Below are positions 37,726-43,304 of a stretch of 43,304 nt of DNA, in pieces. The stretch is from Rhabdaerophilum sp. GTDB lineage: Bacteria; Pseudomonadota; Alphaproteobacteria; Rhizobiales; Beijerinckiaceae. Where the stretch lies: NCBI GenBank assembly GCA_032229845.1, contig JAVTWI010000241.1, positions 1-43,304 of the forward strand, read 5' to 3'. Position numbers and translations under genes: made by a program. Each line of letters opens with the position of its first letter. Position 1 is the stretch's first letter. A model generated the notes under the pieces. That model ran no database searches and was not told the DNA's origin. It saw only the letters and a list, made by a program, of their open reading frames with translations.

Positions 37726-38970
37726 ATGAGCACGATGCAGAAAAGCGACGCCGCTTCTTTCGCCGTGGCCGCCACCCGATCCACGCCGTCGCACATGATG
37801 GGGACCTATGCGCGCGCCGATCTCGTTTTCGAGCGAGGAGAAGGCGCTTGGCTTTACACGACCGACGGCCGGAAATTTCTCGATTTCGGTTCCGGCATCG
37901 CCGTGAACTCGCTCGGCCACGCCAACCCCAGGCTGGTCGAGGCGCTGCACGCCCAGGCGCAGAAGCTCTGGCATGTCTCGAATGTCTATCGCATCGGCGA
38001 GGGCGAGACGTTGGCGGACAAGCTTTGCGCGCTGACCTTCGCCGACCGGGTGTTCTTCACCAATTCCGGTGCCGAGGCGCTCGAATGCGCGATCAAGACC
38101 GCGCGCCGCTATCATCACGTGAACGGCCACCCCGAGCGCTACCGGCTGATCACTTTCGAGGGCGCGTTCCATGGCCGCACACTGGCGACGATCGCCGCCG
38201 GCGGCAACGCGAAATATCTTGAAGGCTTCGGCCCGGCGATGCCCGGTTTCGATCAGGTCCCGGTCGGGGATCGCAAAGCGCTCGAAGCGGCGATCGGGCC
38301 GGAGACCGCCGGCATTCTCGTCGAGCCGATTCAGGGCGAGGGCGGTGTCCGCTCGATCTCGAACGAGGATCTGCGCTATTTCCGCGAACTGTGCGACAAG
38401 CACGGGCTTCTGCTGGTGCTCGACGAGGTGCAGACCGGTGTTGGCCGCACCGGCAAGCTGTTCGCGCATGAATGGGCCGGCATCACGCCGGATATCATGG
38501 CAATCGCGAAGGGCATCGGCGGCGGCTTCCCGGTTGGCGCCTGCCTCGCAACGGAAGAAGCCGCGAAAGGCATGGTGCCCGGCACGCATGGCTCGACCTA
38601 CGGCGGCAATCCGCTTGCCACCGCCGTCGCGACGGCGGTGCTCGACGAGGTGGCGAAGCCGGAATTCCTTGCCCGCGTCCGTGAAACGGCGCGCGATCTC
38701 AACCAGCGTCTCGCCGAATTGAAGGCGAGCCATCCTGATGTCATCGAGGATGTGCGCGGCGCCGGCCTGCTGATCGGCATCAAGTGCAAGGTGCCGAACA
38801 CCGAACTGGTGGCGGCCGGGCGCGAGGCCGGTATCCTCACGGTCGGCGCGGGCGACAATGTCGTCCGGCTGCTGCCGCCGCTCAATTGCGGCGAGACCGA
38901 AATCCGCGAAGCCTACGAGCGGCTCGACAAGGCCTGCTCTGCGCTTTCGAAGAAGCACGGCGCCGCCTGA
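37726..38970 (+). CDS. argD: Acetylornithine aminotransferase
   Basis: [43 protein letters not shown]; upstream of argF. Confidence 0.94.
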   Translation: MSTMQKSDAASFAVAATRSTPSHMMGTYARADLVFERGEGAWLYTTDGRKFLDFGSGIAVNSLGHANPRLVEALHAQAQKLWHVSNVYRIGEGETLADKLCALTFADRVFFTNSGAEALECAIKTARRYHHVNGHPERYRLITFEGAFHGRTLATIAAGGNAKYLEGFGPAMPGFDQVPVGDRKALEAAIGPETAGILVEPIQGEGGVRSISNEDLRYFRELCDKHGLLLVLDEVQTGVGRTGKLFAHEWAGITPDIMAIAKGIGGGFPVGACLATEEAAKGMVPGTHGSTYGGNPLATAVATAVLDEVAKPEFLARVRETARDLNQRLAELKASHPDVIEDVRGAGLLIGIKCKVPNTELVAAGREAGILTVGAGDNVVRLLPPLNCGETEIREAYERLDKACSALSKKHGAA

Positions 38971-39032
38971 CGGCGCCGGCTTTCATCCTGAACGGGTTTT
39001 GCACCCAGAACCGGAATTGAACGACGAGGCAC

Positions 39033-39989
39033 ATGCAAATGGCCAGGACGAATGGAACCCTTCCCGGCAACCGGCGGCATTTTCTCGATCTCGGTGTGTT
39101 GAGCGCCAACGAGATCCGCGGCATTCTTGACGGCGCCCGCCGCATCAAGGCGCGCCGCAAGGCGCCGCTCGCCACCGACAAGGTTCTCGCCGGCAAATCG
39201 ATCGCGATGATCTTCGAGCAGCCCTCGATGCGCACGCGCATGTCGTTCGACATCGGCATCCGCGAACTCGGCGGCGAGAGCGTGATGGTGACGGGCAAGG
39301 AAATCGAGCTCGGCGAGCGCGAGAGCATCGCCGATACGGCGCGCGTTCTCTCGCGCTATGTTGACGGCATCATGATCCGCATCCTCAATCATGCCCAGCT
39401 TCTCGAACTCGCCGAGAACGCGACCGTTCCCGTTCTCAACGGGCTTACCAAGACCTCGCATCCCTGCCAGGTCGTGGCGGATGTCCTCACCTTCGAGGAG
39501 CACAAGGGCGAGATTGCCGGCAGGACGGTTTCCTGGGTCGGCGACAGCAACAACGTGCTGCGCTCCTGGGTCGAGGCCGCGGCCAAGCTCGATTTCACCA
39601 TCAAGGTCGCGACGCCGGAAGAACTGGCGCCGCCGCAGGACCTCGTGGATTGGGCCAAGGCCAACAAGGCCGATCTGCGCCTGATGCGCGAGCCCGAAGC
39701 AGCGGTCGAGGGTGCGGACTGCGTGCTCGCCGACGCCTGGGTCTCAATGGGCGACAAGGACGGCAAGCGCCGGCACAACCTGCTCAAGCCCTATCAGGTC
39801 AACGAGCGGCTGATGAAGGCTGCCGGCTCGCAGGCGATTTTCATGCATTGCCTGCCGGCCAAGCGCGGCGAGGAAGTCACGGACGCGGTGCTCGACGGCC
39901 CGCAATCGGTGGTGTTCGACGAGGCCGAGAACCGCCTCCACGCGCAGAAGAGCATTCTCGCCTGGGCCTATGGCGAAAGCTTCGCCTGA
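39033..39989 (+). CDS. argF: Ornithine carbamoyltransferase
   Basis: SMRTR (variant of STRTR), HPCQ, DAWVSMG, HCLPA, EAENRLH. Confidence 0.9.
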   Translation: MQMARTNGTLPGNRRHFLDLGVLSANEIRGILDGARRIKARRKAPLATDKVLAGKSIAMIFEQPSMRTRMSFDIGIRELGGESVMVTGKEIELGERESIADTARVLSRYVDGIMIRILNHAQLLELAENATVPVLNGLTKTSHPCQVVADVLTFEEHKGEIAGRTVSWVGDSNNVLRSWVEAAAKLDFTIKVATPEELAPPQDLVDWAKANKADLRLMREPEAAVEGADCVLADAWVSMGDKDGKRRHNLLKPYQVNERLMKAAGSQAIFMHCLPAKRGEEVTDAVLDGPQSVVFDEAENRLHAQKSILAWAYGESFA

Positions 39990-40948
39990 TGGCGGAGGCG
40001 ATGGTCGGCACCGTGCCCGCCTTCGGGGCGGATGACATCGTCCTGCCGTTCCGCGTCGAGCCGCTCGACACGCGCGGCCGCGCGATCCGGCTGGGGCCGG
40101 TGGTCGATTCCATCCTCGCCCGCCACGCCTATCCGCCGGCGGTGGAGCGGCTTCTTGCCGAGGCGATCACGCTCACGGCGTTGATGGGCTCCTCGCTGAA
40201 GTTCGAGGGCCGGTTCCAGTTGCAGGCGCGGACGGACGGCGCGGTCAGCCTGCTTGTGGTCGACCTCGCGACGCCCGACGGATTGCGCGCCTATGCGCGG
40301 TTCGATGCCGCCGCCATCGAGGCCGCCGGGGGCGATGTCAGCCCGGCCGATCTTCTCGGCGTCGGCCAGCTCGGCTTCACGGTGGAGCAGGGCGCCTATC
40401 GCCAGCGCTATCAGGGCATCGTCGCGCTCGACGGGCATGGCCTCCCGGAAGCCGCGATGCAGTATTTCCGGCAATCCGAGCAGATCCCCACCGCGCTGCG
40501 GATCGCGGTCGCGGAGCATCATGTCGCGGGCGGTGTCCGGCAATGGCGCGCGGGCGGCATCCTCGCCCAGTTCCTGCCGACCTCGCCGGAGCGGATGCGG
40601 CAGGCCGACCTTCATCCCGGCGATGCGCCGGAAGGCACCGTGATCCATACCCTGCCGGAGGACGAGGCCTGGGTCGAGGCGCGCGCCCTCGTCGACTCCA
40701 CCGAGGATATCGAACTGGTCGATCCCGCCCTGGGGCTCGACCGGCTGCTCTACCGCCTTTTCAACGAGCGTGGCGTGATCGTGTCGGACCCGCTGGGGAT
40801 GCGGGACGAGTGCCGCTGTTCGGAAGAGCGCATCCGCGAGACCCTGGCTCAGTTTCCGGCCGAGGAGATCGCCTCCATGCGCGAAGCCGACGGACAGATC
40901 GCGGTCACCTGCGAATTCTGTTCGCGCAAGTACCGGCTCTCGCTCTAA
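39989..40948 (+). CDS. hslO: Hsp33 redox-regulated chaperone
   Basis: YQGIV, YFRQSEQIPT, CRCS...CEFC zinc centre; TGATG coupling to argF. Confidence 0.93.
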   Translation: MAEAMVGTVPAFGADDIVLPFRVEPLDTRGRAIRLGPVVDSILARHAYPPAVERLLAEAITLTALMGSSLKFEGRFQLQARTDGAVSLLVVDLATPDGLRAYARFDAAAIEAAGGDVSPADLLGVGQLGFTVEQGAYRQRYQGIVALDGHGLPEAAMQYFRQSEQIPTALRIAVAEHHVAGGVRQWRAGGILAQFLPTSPERMRQADLHPGDAPEGTVIHTLPEDEAWVEARALVDSTEDIELVDPALGLDRLLYRLFNERGVIVSDPLGMRDECRCSEERIRETLAQFPAEEIASMREADGQIAVTCEFCSRKYRLSL

Positions 40949-40973
40949 CCAAGCATCGGCTCTCGCTCTCGCT

Positions 40974-41525
40974 CTAGCGCAGCGCGGCCTGCACCTTCGG
41001 CAGCAGCCATTCCGCGAATGCGCGATGGCCAGCGGCGTTGAAGTGCATGCCGTCCGGGTCGCGGTTCTCGCGGCCGCCGATCCGCCCCAGCGCTTCCAGC
41101 AGGATGACCGAAACGCCGCGTGCCTCGAGCCGACGCTGGATCTCCGCGACATTGGCTGCGGCGGCTCCTTCGTCGACGCCGCGCCGCGCGTCGTTGCCGC
41201 CGGGCTGGAGGATCACCACCTTCGTCCCTTTGGGAACGGCGCGGTCCAGCCTTGCCAGCATGCCGCCGGTGGTGTCGCCCGCGATCCCGGCATTGCGGAC
41301 GCTGGCGCGGATCCCGGAGGCGCGCAGCATGGCCTCGAGCTGGGCCGGATAGGCCTGCGGGCGATCGACGCCGCCGTTGAAACGTCCTCGCCCGCGCCCC
41401 GCGGTGTTCGAGGCGCCGAGCGCCACGACGAGATTGCCGCCCTGTTGGGCTTGGGCGGAAGCCGGGGCCAGCATCGCAAGCAGCCCCGAAGCCATCATCT
41501 GCCGCCTATCGAATGTCACCGGCAT
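40974..41525 (-). CDS. SGNH/GDSL hydrolase (TesA/arylesterase-like)
   Basis: LGASNTAG, NAGIAGDT, GGND, DGMHFN blocks; RR-containing signal peptide. Confidence 0.85.
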   Translation of the reverse strand: MPVTFDRRQMMASGLLAMLAPASAQAQQGGNLVVALGASNTAGRGRGRFNGGVDRPQAYPAQLEAMLRASGIRASVRNAGIAGDTTGGMLARLDRAVPKGTKVVILQPGGNDARRGVDEGAAAANVAEIQRRLEARGVSVILLEALGRIGGRENRDPDGMHFNAAGHRAFAEWLLPKVQAALR

Positions 41526-41538
41526 GTCGCCTGTTCCT

Positions 41539-41931
41539 TCAGTTGAAGACCCGCGCGCGCGAGGGCATGTCGAGCGAAAAGGCAGGGATTTGCACATCGA
41601 ACCGCCGCCCGTCCGCCGCGACCATCTCGTATTGCCCCGCCATCATGCCGTGCTCGGCATCGAGCGGGCAACCGGACGAATAGCGGTAGACCTCGCCGGG
41701 GCGCAGGATCGGCTGCTCGCCGACCACTCCGAGCCCGCTGACATGCTGGATCCTGCCGTTGCCGTCCGCGATCTGCCAGCGGCGCGAGCGCAGTTGAACC
41801 GTGTCCCGCGAGAGGTTGCGAATCTCGACGGAATAGACCCAGAAATGCTGGCTGTCAGCCGGCGAGGAGCGCTCGGCAGCATAGGCTGGCTCGACGGTTA
41901 CCTCGATCCCCTCGGTCACGGCCCGGTACAT
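41539..41931 (-). CDS. apaG: ApaG protein
   Basis: MYRAVTEGIEVTV, VQLRSRRWQI, GLGVVGEQP, IPAFSLD. Confidence 0.95.
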   Translation of the reverse strand: MYRAVTEGIEVTVEPAYAAERSSPADSQHFWVYSVEIRNLSRDTVQLRSRRWQIADGNGRIQHVSGLGVVGEQPILRPGEVYRYSSGCPLDAEHGMMAGQYEMVAADGRRFDVQIPAFSLDMPSRARVFN

Positions 41932-42104
41932 GGAAGGTTTCCACCCGTTCTTTCTTGTTTTTCCTACGATGCCGCCCTATCCGGCGCGCGTCAATCGCCC
42001 CGATGCTGCAAAAAACCGGGGGCAATCGGTCCGGGGACCGGGGCAAGTGTTGCCCTTGTTTTGCCCCTCCTGTAGCGATCGGGAGGGGCTGAGAGGATTG
42101 GCTT

Positions 42105-43202
42105 GTGAGTTCTGTTTCCGCGGACGGTATTTTTTCCGACACGATGATCGAGGACCTCGTGCAAACGGGTTCCATCGTTGTGCCGCAGCCGCTCGCGAAG
42201 GGACAGATCCAGCCGGCAAGCCTCGACCTGCGCCTCGGCAAGCGCTGCTGGCGCATGCGCGCAAGCTTCCTGCCGGGTCGGGACGGCGCGGTGCGGGATC
42301 GGATCGAGGCCTATTCGCTCCACGAAATCGACATCGAGAAAGGCGCCGTCCTTGAAACCGGCTGCGTTTATCTCGCCGAGGTTCAGGAAGGCCTGGCCCT
42401 GCCGGCGGATGTCGCGGCCTCCGCCAATCCGAAAAGCTCTACCGGCCGGCTCGATGTGTTTACCCGCGTCATCGTCGATGGTGCGACCGCGTTCGATACG
42501 GTGCCGGCTGGCTATCGCGGACCGGTTTTTGCCGAGATTTCTCCACGCACCTTCCCGTTGCTGGTGCGGACGGGGAGCCGCCTGTCGCAGATCCGGTTCC
42601 GGCGCGGCCAGCCTCGCATCGACGATGCCGCCCTGCGCGCACTCCACACCCGCGCCCGGCTCGTTGATCGTGAGGAAGCGCTGATTCAGGACGGCGTGAC
42701 CTTTTCGGTCGATCTCTCGGGGTTCGACGACAAGGGCCTCGTCGGCTACCGCGGCAAGCGGCATACCGGCGTCGTCGATGTCGACCGTGTCGCCGGCTAT
42801 CCGATGGCGGAATTCTGGGAACCGATACACCTCACCGGCCGCCGCGAGATGGTGCTGGATCCCAACGAGTTCTACATCCTCGCCTCCAAGGAAGCCGTGC
42901 ACGTGCCGCCCGATCATGCGGCGGAAATGGTGCCGTTCGACCCGATGATGGGCGAGTTCCGTGTCCACTACGCCGGGTTTTTTGATCCCGGTTTCGGCCA
43001 TGCCGCCGCCGGCGGCGCGGGCGCGCGCGGCGTGCTGGAGGTGCGCTCGCGCGATGTGCCGTTCATCATCGAGGATGGGCAGGTCGTCGGCCGGCTGATC
43101 TATGAGCGGATGGCGCAAATGCCCCGGAGCCTCTATGGCGCGGGCCTTGCCTCCAACTATCAAGCGCAGGGGCTGAAGCTCTCCAAGCATTTCCGGCCCT
43201 GA
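42105..43202 (+). CDS. dcd: dCTP deaminase (long alphaproteobacterial type)
   Basis: QIQPASLDLRL, ANPKSSTGRLD, HYAGFFDPGFG, YQAQGLKLSKHF. Confidence 0.92.
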   Translation: MSSVSADGIFSDTMIEDLVQTGSIVVPQPLAKGQIQPASLDLRLGKRCWRMRASFLPGRDGAVRDRIEAYSLHEIDIEKGAVLETGCVYLAEVQEGLALPADVAASANPKSSTGRLDVFTRVIVDGATAFDTVPAGYRGPVFAEISPRTFPLLVRTGSRLSQIRFRRGQPRIDDAALRALHTRARLVDREEALIQDGVTFSVDLSGFDDKGLVGYRGKRHTGVVDVDRVAGYPMAEFWEPIHLTGRREMVLDPNEFYILASKEAVHVPPDHAAEMVPFDPMMGEFRVHYAGFFDPGFGHAAAGGAGARGVLEVRSRDVPFIIEDGQVVGRLIYERMAQMPRSLYGAGLASNYQAQGLKLSKHFRP

Positions 43203-43252
43203 AGCGGATCGCGCTTGCATCGGCGCGAAAAATTGGGCTTAAGTCGGCGCGC

Positions 43253-43304
43253 GCGGGTATGATGTAATGGTAGCCTGTCAGCTTCCCAAGCTGAACGCGC
43301 GGGT
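43253..43304 (+). tRNA. tRNA-Gly(CCC), 3' end truncated by the window edge
   Basis: GCGGGTA acceptor 5' strand, D loop TAATGGTA, anticodon arm TCAGC-TTCCCAA-GCTGA, start of the T arm GCGGGT. Confidence 0.9.

Noticed and set aside
43253-43304. tRNA-Gly as an island integration site
   Set aside because: The 3' end lies outside the window; no integrase or att duplicate is visible

Overview
GC-rich alphaproteobacterial chromosomal segment, probably Hyphomicrobiales (gcrA, alpha-type LexA box, alpha-type dcd). Left to right: fmt(partial)-def with divergent rmuC; dapE; an HPP membrane gene; the four-gene Anbu module (circularly permuted ATP-grasp, alpha-E, transglutaminase, proteasome-like Anbu protease) behind a sigma54-type promoter; gcdH-hypothetical-prmB; a 108-bp palindromic repeat; a divergent pair of hybrid histidine kinases; a complete Sox thiosulfate-oxidation cluster (soxYZBCD-cytochrome c-soxF divergent from soxAX, then DUF3422, soxVW, soxS-soxR-soxT); an MprF-like membrane gene with phoR-pstSCAB-phoU-phoB; gcrA; argD-argF-hslO; a GDSL hydrolase; apaG; dcd; and a truncated tRNA-Gly(CCC). 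No CRISPR array, prophage or transposase is visible. Best leads: (1) the functionally unresolved Anbu system, here translationally coupled to an HPP transporter and dapE; (2) an exact 29-bp duplication of the soxC/soxD junction flanking a hairpin that covaries with the 108-bp repeat and gives soxD two in-frame starts; (3) that repeat supplying the stop codons of both convergent genes; (4) a PstA with a ~144-aa insertion. All family assignments are by motif recognition; no database search was run.
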